NCBI GenBank assembly: GCA_043756865.1
Contig: JAYUQG010000030.1
Location: forward strand, 30,703-94,702
DNA: 64,000 nucleotides
DNA from: a bacterium
GTDB lineage: Bacteria > Patescibacteriota > Minisyncoccia > Phycocordibacterales > UBA6899
Reading direction: 5' to 3'
Part shown: positions 28,120 to 38,294 of the stretch, one piece after another
Numbering within the stretch: position 1 is the stretch's first letter
How the letters are laid out: every line of letters starts with the position of its first letter
The notes under the pieces: model-generated
Seen by the model: only the letters and a program-made list of their open reading frames with translations
The model's database searches: none
What the model was told of the DNA's origin: nothing
Program-made: the position numbers and the translations under genes

Positions 28120-29340
28120 CTATGTGGGTGCAAAAATCTTTTTTGCTTTTTCGACGCCGAGCACCAATGCGTCAACATCCTCTCTTGTGTTGTAAATATG
28201 AAAACTGGCGCGCAAGGTGGCGGGAATGCCAAGCGCAGTATGCACCGGTATTGCACAGTGGTGCCCCGGACGCACAGCGACGTTGTCACGTGCAAGGATT
28301 TCGGCGATATCGTGCGGGTGAGCAAAGTCTGCTGCGAAACTTACAATGCCCACATTCTTTGCTGGGTCGCAGGGAGAAAACACTTTTATTCCTTTTATTT
28401 GCTCAAGTCGGTGAATGGCATAAAATGCGAGTGTTGCATTGTGCTTATGGATTGCAGGGAGTCCGATGTCGTTTATATAATCAGTCGCCGCGCCTAGGCC
28501 GATTGCTCCGCCAATATCTTTAGTGCCAGCCTCAAATCGCTCAGGAATAGGAGCCCACGTCGACTTACCTTCTTCGATATGCGCAACCATGTGTCCCCCG
28601 AATGCTGCCGGCTCGAGTGTTTCAAGCAGTGGCATGGTGACCCACAATGCGCCAATACCTGTCGGTGCAAACATTTTATGTCCAGAAAAATAAAGCGCGT
28701 CTGCACCAAGTGCGGTCACACTTACAGGTATATGTCCCATTGCCGCAGTCGCATCAACCACAACAATTGCGCCATGTTGGTGAGCGAAATCTGCAATACG
28801 ACGCACGTCATTTATTGTACCCGTGACATTTGAAGCAAGAATAATCCCAACAATAGCGGTGTCGGACGTGATGAGTGTTTCTGCTTTTGCGTAAGCAAGC
28901 TCCATCTCCACTATGGGAATTATCCGCAACTCCAACCCCGCACGCTTCGCGAGCTGCTCTAGTGGCAAGAGTGAACCATGGTGTTCCATTGCAGTAGTGA
29001 CAATATTCGTTTTTCCTTTTAGCTTTCCTGATTCTTCAAGCATGCGCATGAACATATTTGAGGAGTCCGTTGCCCCCGCAGTAAACAGGACCTCACTTCC
29101 AGAGGTGGCGCCGATAAAGCGAGCGATTTTTTGCCTTGAATCCTCGTACATCTCCGTGGCACGCACCGCCTCTTTAAACATCCCACGGTGCACATTTGCT
29201 CGTGCTGTTTCATAATATGCGCGCACCGCTTCCAATACGGGTGTGGGGGTAAGCGAAGTTGCCGCAGCATCGAGATAGTGAAATGCTTCGGTTGTTCCGT
29301 ATTGCGGAAAATCTCCACGGATGTGCTTTATGTCTTTCAT
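28120..29340 (-). CDS. sufS: Cysteine desulfurase SufS
   Basis: YLDAAATS, ANVHRG, MEHH, SGHKM, FEAGT, RPGHHCA, RASF.IYN. Confidence 0.93.
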   Translation of the reverse strand: MKDIKHIRGDFPQYGTTEAFHYLDAAATSLTPTPVLEAVRAYYETARANVHRGMFKEAVRATEMYEDSRQKIARFIGATSGSEVLFTAGATDSSNMFMRMLEESGKLKGKTNIVTTAMEHHGSLLPLEQLAKRAGLELRIIPIVEMELAYAKAETLITSDTAIVGIILASNVTGTINDVRRIADFAHQHGAIVVVDATAAMGHIPVSVTALGADALYFSGHKMFAPTGIGALWVTMPLLETLEPAAFGGHMVAHIEEGKSTWAPIPERFEAGTKDIGGAIGLGAATDYINDIGLPAIHKHNATLAFYAIHRLEQIKGIKVFSPCDPAKNVGIVSFAADFAHPHDIAEILARDNVAVRPGHHCAIPVHTALGIPATLRASFHIYNTREDVDALVLGVEKAKKIFAPT

Positions 29341-30545
29341 AGAGTGGTGGTTTCTATGCGTTGGCTCTGGAGCGTGGCGAGCTTTTCAGTGACCTGCAAC
29401 ATAATGTCGGTGTTTGCGTCACCCACAAATGCCTGAGCAAAATGTCCCTCCAAGAAGAGCGCGCGACTTTCATCATCAGAAAGCCCCCGTAATTTCGGAT
29501 AGAATATATCCCCATCACGAATATGTGAGATTGATAGCTTGTGGGCACAAGTCACGTCATTGGACGCTATGTCGAGTGCAGGTATCGCATCAACTTTAGC
29601 CCCTTTGGAAAGTACGAGGAATCTTCCGTCTTGTGCTCCCACTACCTTGTGTACTCCTTCTTTCATGTCGACGAGTCCGCGATAGAGAGTGCGCGAAGTG
29701 TCGCATGCAATGCCCGCAGTACGAATCGACGAGTGTGTATCATCGGCGAGGTGTCGTGCAGAAACTTCAATGTCGTGAATGGCATGCGCCTCACCTACTA
29801 CCCCTTGCAGTACGGTCGCACGAGCACCCACACCAATCAGAAGGCTTTCATTTATCGTTGAAGTGAGTGCGTCACCAGAGAAAATCTCTCTCCATGTCAC
29901 TTTGGAGTTTCCTGCGACAATTGCGCGGGCAGACTTCATGAGCATCCCGCCCGTAGCAAGATTCGTGCCCTCAGTTATCCGCACCTGGGTATCCCGCTCA
30001 GTCACCACCACCAATGTCCTTGAAAACACACTTCCCTCACCTCCTCCCGTCACATTGCTAACCAAATCAAGTTTGGCGCCTTCTTTGAGAATGACCACAA
30101 CGATATCTGCGCCAGAAGTTGTCGGAACCATTGTATCGAGCACGAGACGCTCTTCAATAAACGTGTCATCGATCGCCATATTGGGTTGTACATAAACCAC
30201 AATCCCTGAGGCGAAGCATGCTTGTCCGAATGCGCGAAAGTGATCACCCGCAATCGGAAAAAATTCACTATTAAGCAGTCCGTTAAGCACGGGCACGATT
30301 TCTTCCTGTGTGACCGCCTCCTTCCACGTATAGAGCTCTAACCCCTTGGATGCATCGACATGGTACTGTGCCACTCCCGCGTAGTCTGGTTCAGATTCAG
30401 GAAATAGTGCAGTTATCGCGATGCCATGCTTAATAGCCTTTGGCAGTATGCCTGCATCAACAAAGCGTTTTTCTCTCCACGACAAAAGCCAATCGGGTTC
30501 AGCGAGGGTTTGGGAGATATCTTTTATGTGTGCGTTGTTTGACAA
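29337..30545 (-). CDS. sufD: SufD-family Fe-S assembly protein
   Basis: EPDWL, DAIPALDI.SNDV.C.H, IFY..LRG; located between sufB and sufS. Confidence 0.85.
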   Translation of the reverse strand: MSNNAHIKDISQTLAEPDWLLSWREKRFVDAGILPKAIKHGIAITALFPESEPDYAGVAQYHVDASKGLELYTWKEAVTQEEIVPVLNGLLNSEFFPIAGDHFRAFGQACFASGIVVYVQPNMAIDDTFIEERLVLDTMVPTTSGADIVVVILKEGAKLDLVSNVTGGGEGSVFSRTLVVVTERDTQVRITEGTNLATGGMLMKSARAIVAGNSKVTWREIFSGDALTSTINESLLIGVGARATVLQGVVGEAHAIHDIEVSARHLADDTHSSIRTAGIACDTSRTLYRGLVDMKEGVHKVVGAQDGRFLVLSKGAKVDAIPALDIASNDVTCAHKLSISHIRDGDIFYPKLRGLSDDESRALFLEGHFAQAFVGDANTDIMLQVTEKLATLQSQRIETTTL

Positions 30546-30603
30546 TGTGAAAAAAATATACTATATTATGCTCGGACTGTAAACCCCATACGAAAGGTTG
30601 GAA

Positions 30604-31123
30604 ATGCACACACTCTTCGCAGCCCTTGCAGCTGTACTCGCCCTTGTGGTCGGATGGTGGCTCCTCGGAAAAGTCATTGTCGTCGGCGCGCTAGGTGCCG
30701 GTGTTTTCTTTCTCTTCTGGAAGAAGACGCTCATCCCCGCAGGCATTGCCTTCGGAGTTGCTGCATTCTTTCTCTTTGGTTTTTGGCTTTGCGTGATCAC
30801 CGTGGGCGCTTTCAGTGCAGCTCACTTTATCAGCGGAAACCGCAGTGGGAACTGAACGCACCGCACACAATAGGGTTGTCGTCATAAAGTCTTGGCGCAA
30901 GCACGGCAACGGCGCAAAAGGTGGCGGACGACAAGGCTCCACCGGCAAGAAAGGTCAAATCTTTCAAGTCGCTACTGACGGCACACGGACTGCACTCAAA
31001 CTCAGCAAGGATGCTGACACACTGACGGGTGCGACATTCGCAGACCTTTCGCGCAAGCTGCGCGGCACGGGACTGATTCCCCGACATGTCGCATTGAATT
31101 CCCGCGGCGATACACACTTCTAA
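30604..31123 (+). CDS. Membrane-anchored hypothetical protein, probably one frameshifted gene (30604-30855 + ~30850-31123)
   Basis: Own promoter TTGACA-17-TATATT (30539-30567), SD GAAAGG, terminator 31131-31156; downstream ORF has no convincing start or SD of its own. Confidence 0.5.
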
Positions 31124-31170
31124 CCAGCACAAACACCATCCTTCGGGTGGTGTTTTCTTTTTCTCAATAT

Positions 31171-32529
31171 CTAACCTACAGAATCTTCCATTTCGAGCTC
31201 AATCAATTTATTTAACTCAACCGCATACTCGAGTGGGAGTGCCTTTATGATCGGTTCCATGAACCCACCCACAATCAATCGCAGTGCTTCTTCTTCAGAA
31301 TATCCTCGTGTTTTTAAATAAAATACTTCTTGCTCACCGATCCGCCCGACCCGCGCTTCGTGAGAAAGGTCGGAGTGTGCGTTTTCGTTCTTGATGGAAG
31401 GATAGGTATTCGACACCGAGGCATCGTCTAGGATAAGTGCATCACAAGAAACCGACGAAGAGGCATTTTCCGCCCCCGGCAATATACGCACGAATCCGCG
31501 ATAGTTTGAAACTCCCCCACCTTTTGAAACAGACTTTGAGCGAATCACGGATACCGTGTCAGGTGCCATGTGTATGGCTTTACTTCCCGTGTCCTGCACC
31601 TGCCCCGCGTTTGCCATGACGATTCCCAACGAGTCACTACGCGCACCGCGCTCAAGTAATACTGACGAGGGGTACAGCATCGTTGCGCGCGATCCCATAT
31701 TGCCGTTCACCCATTCCACATGTCCGCGCTCAAACACCAATGCCTTTTTTGTATTTAAGTTGTAGGTATTCTTGGACCAGTTCTCGACACTGATGTATTT
31801 CACCCGCGCGTTTTTCTTTACCCAAAGTTCAACACATCCCGCGTGCAGTGATGATTCTGTATATTGCGGAGCAGAACACCCTTCTATGTAGGTAATCTCG
31901 GCGCCTTCGTCTGCGATAATGAGCGTGTGTTCAAATTGTGCAGAGCGTGCTTTATTCATGCGAAAATACGCCTGAAGAGGAAGCTCCACTGAAACACCCT
32001 TGGGCACATAAATGAATGTACCCCCACTCCACACTGCCGCGTGGAGCATGGTGAACTTGTGGTCGGTAATAGGCACGCACTTTGTCATGAAGTGTTCTTT
32101 GACTAAATCAGGATATTTTTCGAGTGCAACATCCATGTTCTCAAATATCACTCCTTTCTTCGCGAGCGAATCTTGGATGCGGTGATACACAATACCCGAA
32201 TCAAACTGCGCACCAACTCCGCCCAAGTAATCACGTTCCGCTTTAGGAATTCCCAGCTTTTCAAACGTATCACTTATTTCTTTGGGAAGTGCTTTCCAGT
32301 CATCTGTTTCTTTTACATTCGGGTCGACATAGTAGGTCATGCCATCCAAATCGAGTCCTGAAAGGTCCGGACCCCAGTTCGGCATAGGGGTTACCTTCCA
32401 CAGCGCGAGCGCGCGAAGACGAAGCTCGAGCATCCACTCGGGTTCTTTTTTTGTAGCAGAAATCTGACGTACCAACGCCTCGTCGGGGCCAAACCGCTCA
32501 TGATAGGTTATTTTTGCATTTCCCTGCAT
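31171..32529 (-). CDS. sufB: Fe-S assembly protein SufB
   Basis: EPEWML..R, AVWSGGTFIYVP, QFEHTLII, YIEGCSAP, SHEA.VG, LPLEYAVELN. Confidence 0.95.
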   Translation of the reverse strand: MQGNAKITYHERFGPDEALVRQISATKKEPEWMLELRLRALALWKVTPMPNWGPDLSGLDLDGMTYYVDPNVKETDDWKALPKEISDTFEKLGIPKAERDYLGGVGAQFDSGIVYHRIQDSLAKKGVIFENMDVALEKYPDLVKEHFMTKCVPITDHKFTMLHAAVWSGGTFIYVPKGVSVELPLQAYFRMNKARSAQFEHTLIIADEGAEITYIEGCSAPQYTESSLHAGCVELWVKKNARVKYISVENWSKNTYNLNTKKALVFERGHVEWVNGNMGSRATMLYPSSVLLERGARSDSLGIVMANAGQVQDTGSKAIHMAPDTVSVIRSKSVSKGGGVSNYRGFVRILPGAENASSSVSCDALILDDASVSNTYPSIKNENAHSDLSHEARVGRIGEQEVFYLKTRGYSEEEALRLIVGGFMEPIIKALPLEYAVELNKLIELEMEDSVG

Positions 32530-32663
32530 AGGTCTTGACAGTATAGATAAATATTGTGTTTATGCAAGTCTGGCACCCTCGCACGAGCGTGCTACTTGAA
32601 ACTTTGGTGTGCGTTCTCTATAATCGCCCGAGGTCACCGTTTTAGAACACAAGGGAAATCGTA

Positions 32664-32966
32664 ATGCCAGCCAAACGTGGAATTCGAAAAGAAGACAGCA
32701 TCGCTAATCACCTCGCACACACACTCGTCCTCGAGGGGCAGCGCGTACTAGAGGAATACCGCAACTACCTCAAGCAGCTTCCAGAGCTGGTGAGCCAACA
32801 GTCGCAGGCGCGCATCGCTCTGCATACATGGGAAGCCTACGTCACAAGACTCGCCCTTGCATCACTTTCAGGTGAGGATACACTCGTCATCATTGCTGAC
32901 TTCAACCGGCGTTACGTTTTTCCACATCGCGCGGAACAGAACAAATATCGTGAAAGTCTCGGTTAA
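32664..32966 (+). CDS. Hypothetical protein (solo transcription unit)
   Basis: TTGAAA-17-TATAAT upstream, SD AAGGG, palindromic terminator after the stop. Confidence 0.65.
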   Translation: MPAKRGIRKEDSIANHLAHTLVLEGQRVLEEYRNYLKQLPELVSQQSQARIALHTWEAYVTRLALASLSGEDTLVIIADFNRRYVFPHRAEQNKYRESLG

Positions 32967-33159
32967 GCTCAATCGACACCTAGGTGTCGATTTTTGTTAT
33001 ATGCGCGTGGTACAGATATAAAATAGATGTAAAAAAGCCCGTCGGAGACGGGCTTTTTTAAATTGAGGTGATGAATCACCTCGATGGATATACTATACTC
33101 TTTTAAATTTTGATTGCAAGGGGAAATATTTAATGAAACACAATACGGAAATACGTCAA

Positions 33160-33729
33160 TCATATTACCTTGAGGCGTCGTAGCTCCCAAAAACATTTTG
33201 CGGTAGCCCCTATATCCACTGAGGCATCATGTGCCTCATCGAAGCCAACGCCAAATAATTTTTGGTGGAGCTCAAAAAGTTTTGGCCATTTGTAGCCATA
33301 CTGACCCTCAAGTGCGCAATATTCCGTTGCGCTTTGCATGGTACAAATCTTCTTCTTCCCGTCTACAGGATTACCGAGTCCTGCGCGGAGAAATTCTGCA
33401 CCTGCAATCTTTTCATCAAAGCTCATATTGTGTGCAACAAGATAGTCAGAAGCATTTATGAGTGCGCCAAACTCATCGAGTACCTCTCTGAGCGGTCTTC
33501 CCTCTCCCAGTGCACGCTCTGTCGTGATGCGGTGAATGCGCGAAGCTTCAGCTGGTATTTCAAAGCCGTCGGGGCGGATAATGGCACTGAAATCGCCCAT
33601 TTTATTCCCCGCATCATCAAACTGAAGTGCGGCAATCTGCACCAGCCTTGGCCAATTATTTATGTCAGTGACGGGAGCTTTCCAAGAACGCGGGAGACCT
33701 GTTGTTTCTGTGTCGAAAAAGAGATACAT
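33160..33729 (-). CDS. DEDDh 3'-5' exonuclease (DnaQ-like)
   Basis: FFDTETTG, VAHN..FD, AHDA..D. Confidence 0.92.
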   Translation of the reverse strand: MYLFFDTETTGLPRSWKAPVTDINNWPRLVQIAALQFDDAGNKMGDFSAIIRPDGFEIPAEASRIHRITTERALGEGRPLREVLDEFGALINASDYLVAHNMSFDEKIAGAEFLRAGLGNPVDGKKKICTMQSATEYCALEGQYGYKWPKLFELHQKLFGVGFDEAHDASVDIGATAKCFWELRRLKVI

Positions 33730-33753
33730 AAGAAGTGATAATTTTTAATTGTG

Positions 33754-34584
33754 CTATTGCAACTTTGTAATTCGCACCTGACGTATATGGATAGTATTAT
33801 CTAAGGCAATGTCAGGATGACGGTACATACCTGCCTTCATATAGTGCTGAAACGCATTCAGCATATTCGGACCCTTCATGTCCACCCATGCCTCTTTATT
33901 GTCATCAATGAAGACTCTGGCCCGTCCGTTATTATCTTGTGACCAGGTGACCTCGAGCGTGATCTTGTACCATTTATTTTTTGAAATAGGTAAACCGCGC
34001 TCTTGGCGTTCACCCACTCCGTATGTAAAACCGATCATATCAGTGTTGTTCAAATATCCGTATCCAATAACGATTGGAGCACTCTGACCAATACCTGCAT
34101 ATGTGTCCCACGTTTCCCCTTTTGTGCGGTCAGGTTGGTCATGCCAGTCTGCCAGCACCCACCATCGGTTTGCTGGAGTATCACTTTGGAAATCTTCCGG
34201 AATCCTGAATTGCCACGAATAGCGCACTGTCTCTCCTTCTTGATATGGATAATCAATAGAAATTTCCGAACGAACGCCGTTGTTCTTTTTGGGTTGTCCT
34301 GTGAATAAGTGTAGTGCCAAGAATGGCCCCCCCTCATCACTGGACGTACTGACGTTCTCAAGCCCTGCCAGCTCAAGGAAAGAAAAATTAAAAAGACTAG
34401 AATCCACCGCGGACTGCAAGTACAAAAGTTCAAGTGCACGTAATCCCTCTGGTGTGGTCGGGAGAGACACTCCACCCACCGTTTGATTGCTGACTTCACT
34501 ATTCTTTGCGGAAGCTAAAAACACAACGGCCCCCACAAAGAGCGCCAGCAATAGCGCCCAACCCATAAGACGTTTAACTTTCAT
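33754..34584 (-). CDS. Exported polysaccharide-lyase-like (beta-sandwich) protein
   Basis: TM anchor, VRSEI, Y.WQF.IP.DF, QWH-like DWHD, YMKAGMYR. Confidence 0.65.
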   Translation of the reverse strand: MKVKRLMGWALLLALFVGAVVFLASAKNSEVSNQTVGGVSLPTTPEGLRALELLYLQSAVDSSLFNFSFLELAGLENVSTSSDEGGPFLALHLFTGQPKKNNGVRSEISIDYPYQEGETVRYSWQFRIPEDFQSDTPANRWWVLADWHDQPDRTKGETWDTYAGIGQSAPIVIGYGYLNNTDMIGFTYGVGERQERGLPISKNKWYKITLEVTWSQDNNGRARVFIDDNKEAWVDMKGPNMLNAFQHYMKAGMYRHPDIALDNTIHIRQVRITKLQ

Positions 34585-34727
34585 GATTCAACAAGTATAG
34601 CGACAACACACATGGCCGTCACTATGGTAAGGGTATACAGCGGACATTTTGCATTACACTATAACAACAACTGTTTGCTTTTGTTGCACTCAGGTGATGC
34701 GGAACAAAAATATGCTTATCGAGATGT

Positions 34728-34815
34728 AGAAAAGCCCGCGCGATGCGCGAGCTTTTGATTAGTACCGAACGAATCGGTACATAATGAATATGCACCTGCT
34801 CCACATATGCGCAAG
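34728..34815 (-). ncRNA. Possible short sRNA (promoter-terminator unit without a credible ORF)
   Basis: TTGACA-17-GACAAT (34849-34821), hairpin GTACCGA/TCGGTAC, terminator AAAGCTCGCGC-ATC-GCGCGGGCTTTT. Confidence 0.3.
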
Positions 34816-34858
34816 AGCAAATTGTCATCACAAAAAACAGTTTTGTCAACAATAATAG

Positions 34859-35152
34859 TTAATTCATCGTTTCTCTGCGATATGTTTGTTCAAGTTTTTG
34901 TCGCAGGGCGCGAGCCTCTGGATCATTGGAGATCGCGATTGCCGTATCGAGGTCAGATAGTATTCCGTCAAGTTGTTCGGCAGATTGTATGTCATATCGG
35001 TCTACAAACTCCTTCACTTCGTGCATAATATCTTCTGCAACGGCGCGCGGTGCGGCATTCACACCATAAAAGCGTGGGGTGCGACGCGATGCAGAGATGT
35101 CTTCGTTGAATGCTTCCGGTGTTTTTGTTACTGGAGTAGGTTCTTGTTCCAT
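34859..35152 (-). CDS. Hypothetical protein, paralog of 45735-46040
   Basis: Shared TAIAI.N.P.AR.LRQ.L motif. Confidence 0.7.
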   Translation of the reverse strand: MEQEPTPVTKTPEAFNEDISASRRTPRFYGVNAAPRAVAEDIMHEVKEFVDRYDIQSAEQLDGILSDLDTAIAISNDPEARALRQKLEQTYRRETMN

Positions 35153-35278
35153 TGCTATAGACTACACAAAAGTACTTAACTTCTCAATACAAAAGCTGTG
35201 GAGTATGTTTGACAGTTGGGTACTTTTGCAGTATTTTGTTCGCTAGGTGTTTCGTTCCCAACCACAAGGAGATCGCAA

Positions 35279-36166
35279 ATGAGCGATAACAGAGATTCTG
35301 ACTACCCACGCTTCGTTACCTGCACCGGTTGCGGAGAGCACGGCTACTTCCGAATGAACGGCAAAAAGACACCGGATGTCGATTCCAAGGAAGAAGGTCG
35401 CGCACTGCTCGATGCGTCCATCACCAGTGGTGAGATTTCTGAAGTAGACAAGTCCGTCCTCTTGCCGCTGCTTGAGGCATCACCCATACCAGAAGTGAGC
35501 GAGAGCGACGACTTGACAAACGAAAAAGCAATTGCGCAAATGTTTTCATCGGTGTTTCCATCGGTGGATGAATTCATTGAGATGCTGATGGGTGGTGGTA
35601 TCCCCGAACGCGAAGATGCGCCAGGTGTAGCAACAATGTTCGCCGCGGGCTTTCGGATGGCGCCGGATACTCTAGGCGAAGTTCCGCATGGTTCCTTCTA
35701 TACGCAGCACGAAGAAATCCTCCCCGTTGTGTTCTCCAAGAACGACGGACGGGTGATGCTCGAGAATGCGAAAGTAATGGAGATGGCTGACGAGGAAACG
35801 CTCGCGCAACTCTTGACCGACCTGGAAGCCTCTTCCCTCCCTGGTGAGCGTCCGAAGTACTCGGAGTTTCTCGCAAAGCGTGAGGGAACGCCGGAAGCTT
35901 TGGACGGTGCATGTCTTGTGGTGTGTGATTGCGGAAGCCCCATCACCCATGCGTACTACTGCATAAATGATGAGGAAGTCTCGCTGTCTATCGCCTCGAA
36001 GCGTGAAGGCCGCCACGAACTCTTCTCCTTGATGGAAGAAGGGCAAATCAGCCACTACGTCCACGCAGCACTACTCGTAGGACTCGAGGAATCCAGCTTT
36101 CCCGACGAACCCCCCACTCCGACAGACCGCACACCGCCGAACGAAGCGAGCGCCCTCTTTCACTGA
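35279..36166 (+). CDS. Hypothetical acidic protein with three internal repeats
   Basis: TTGACA-17-TATTTT, SD AAGGAG; repeats H[GA].[FY]..SK.[ED]GR..L..LE.S..P. Confidence 0.75.
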   Translation: MSDNRDSDYPRFVTCTGCGEHGYFRMNGKKTPDVDSKEEGRALLDASITSGEISEVDKSVLLPLLEASPIPEVSESDDLTNEKAIAQMFSSVFPSVDEFIEMLMGGGIPEREDAPGVATMFAAGFRMAPDTLGEVPHGSFYTQHEEILPVVFSKNDGRVMLENAKVMEMADEETLAQLLTDLEASSLPGERPKYSEFLAKREGTPEALDGACLVVCDCGSPITHAYYCINDEEVSLSIASKREGRHELFSLMEEGQISHYVHAALLVGLEESSFPDEPPTPTDRTPPNEASALFH

Positions 36167-36297
36167 AACAAAACTCCCTTGGTGGAGTTTTTTTATACTG
36201 CAAAAAATAGTGATGTGCATTTTTGACATTTCGTTCATGTATGGTAATTTTTAAGTAGCATGAACCTTGAGCATCGCGCTCGGAAAAGGAAAAAGAA

Positions 36298-36759
36298 GTG
36301 GACATTATCGGGAATGCACCCTATCCCGCTTCGGCGCTTTCAAACTTTGCACCACACTACTTCGTATTTGAAGGAGTACCGTGTGCATCCATGGAAGGAC
36401 TGTTGCAGTCATTCAAAGAAGAGGACAGTGGCGCGCAACAGCGCGCTTGCCTGCTTGTCGGACTTACTGCTAAGAAGCATGGCCAGCAAAGAAACACCAT
36501 CTGGAAACAAGCGCAGCGTCTGTGGTGGAAAGGTATTGGCTACCCGCGACACGGAACCGCGTATCAGGACTTACTCGACAGAGCGTTCGTAGCACTCTTT
36601 AGCAACGTCGACTTCCGCAATGCGTTGCTCCTCACCGGAAATGAGCTACTCACGCACTCGATTGGTAACCATGATCTGAGAGAAACCGTGCTGACCGAAA
36701 CTGAATTCTGCTCGCGACTACTCCTGTTGCGCTCACGACTTTCACAGAGCGGACCATAA
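36298..36759 (+). CDS. NADAR-family protein (phage T4 gp30.3-like)
   Basis: YPASALSNFAPH.F..EG..C.SMEG.LQS.K, LWWKG, L.HSIG, TVLTE.EFC. Confidence 0.75.
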   Translation: MDIIGNAPYPASALSNFAPHYFVFEGVPCASMEGLLQSFKEEDSGAQQRACLLVGLTAKKHGQQRNTIWKQAQRLWWKGIGYPRHGTAYQDLLDRAFVALFSNVDFRNALLLTGNELLTHSIGNHDLRETVLTETEFCSRLLLLRSRLSQSGP

Positions 36760-36865
36760 ACCCACGAAACTTACTACGTGGGTTTTTTTATATAAATTTG
36801 ACTTTTTTCATTATTTGTGATACAAAAATGCTAGCGTCATACACCCACTACGAAAGGCTCTTCTC

Positions 36866-37342
36866 ATGAATGCTCAGACTGTTTCCCGCACACTTGCTCC
36901 AAAGCTCGTGCGTCCCGTCGTCATCGTCAACGGCCTTATCGGTTATCCGCATGTGTTCGGCACGGACTACGAGCGTGGCGCTGAACACAATGCCGTCCGC
37001 GCACTTCTCGCGCGTGGCTTCACGACATCTGGGCTCACTGTTTCAAAATATGCTTCTGTGCAGCGCCTCTACGTCATTGCGCCACCCGATTTTGACGCTG
37101 ATGTGTACCAGCGGCATATGCAAGACATTGCCGATGGCGCAACTGTCCTCGGTGCTGAATGTGGATTTACGCAGTTCTTGTGTGGTCTCACCTACGACGC
37201 CGGTGCCCAGTCTGGCCCGCATGGCAACGCAGATGCGTGGCTCGATTTCACGCAGACAGGCAATGTCCAAAACGCCGTGTTCTGGTCATTTAACGCACAG
37301 ACAATGGGCGCCCTGCTATCCGCGCTCCGACGTCTCGACTAA
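36866..37342 (+). CDS. Hypothetical protein (solo transcription unit)
   Basis: TTGACT promoter, SD GAAAGG, terminator CCCGCT-TTG-AGCGGG. Confidence 0.7.
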   Translation: MNAQTVSRTLAPKLVRPVVIVNGLIGYPHVFGTDYERGAEHNAVRALLARGFTTSGLTVSKYASVQRLYVIAPPDFDADVYQRHMQDIADGATVLGAECGFTQFLCGLTYDAGAQSGPHGNADAWLDFTQTGNVQNAVFWSFNAQTMGALLSALRRLD

Positions 37343-37438
37343 CGACATCGCGCACGACAACATCCCGCTTTGAGCGGGGTTTTTATTTACACTTTTTTAT
37401 TCGCACGAACAGTACAGTGTGCGCTATACTATTTCCCA

Positions 37439-37864
37439 ATGAATAAGAAATCATTTCTTGCCTCACTCCGCGAAGTCTACTGCAGACTGGGTGTGACGAA
37501 ACATGGCGTCGGGGTTATTGCAATCCGCAAGATTCCCAAAGGTACTGACCCATTCAAAAATGCTGACCCCATGGGCGATGTGCTCCGTATCCCCAAAAAT
37601 GAGTTCGATGCATTTGCGGCCCCCGAAGAAGCAAAAGCAATGGTGCGTGACTTCTGTGCACTGCAGAACGGGGTGTATTACGTACCTAACTATGGAATTG
37701 ACGCACTCACAAAGTTTTATTTTCTCAATCACTCCAAGCGCCCAAACTTGACGACTCCTGATAAGGGTGAAACTTTTCTTGCCATGCGCGCAATTAGCGC
37801 AGGAGAGGAGCTTACCGCAGATTACGGTACATATCACGAAACTGATCATTTTGTGCGTAAGTAA
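37439..37864 (+). CDS. SET-domain protein
   Basis: HGVGVIA.RKIPKG, FLNHSKRPN, AI.AGEELTADY. Confidence 0.9.
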   Translation: MNKKSFLASLREVYCRLGVTKHGVGVIAIRKIPKGTDPFKNADPMGDVLRIPKNEFDAFAAPEEAKAMVRDFCALQNGVYYVPNYGIDALTKFYFLNHSKRPNLTTPDKGETFLAMRAISAGEELTADYGTYHETDHFVRK

Positions 37865-38294
37865 ATAGCATCCTTTCAGCATCCCTCTTGTACTTCGTCC
37901 GTGTTTCCAGATAAAAGTGGCAGAGTTAGACTATTTTATTTTTAATGACTGCCCACACTGCTCTTCACCTTTGCTTCGCACAACGCGCCCAACTCAGGAT
38001 AATGCCCGACAAACCGAGCGCAATGCTTTCAGATATTGAGCTGACTATCCGTACACTCAAACGGTCAGTGCCCTTCCCGTGTACCAAGGATGGTCACGAG
38101 TTGCGATATATTTCACGTGGAATACACCGCGGAAAATTTTGAGTGTCGCTTTTGGTCAATTACAAAAAATAAGTACACAGACAGAAGATCCCGTGCGGCA
38201 TCTGCGAAACTCAGGTTCTACACACGCCATACGCGTGTGTACTTCCGCAAACAAGTAACAACCGCACTTCATGCGGTTTTTTGTTGGCTAAAAA

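Noticed and set aside
37945-38285. Short ORFs or possible decayed gene before a terminator
   Set aside because: No recognisable motif or SD and multiple stops; cannot support a call
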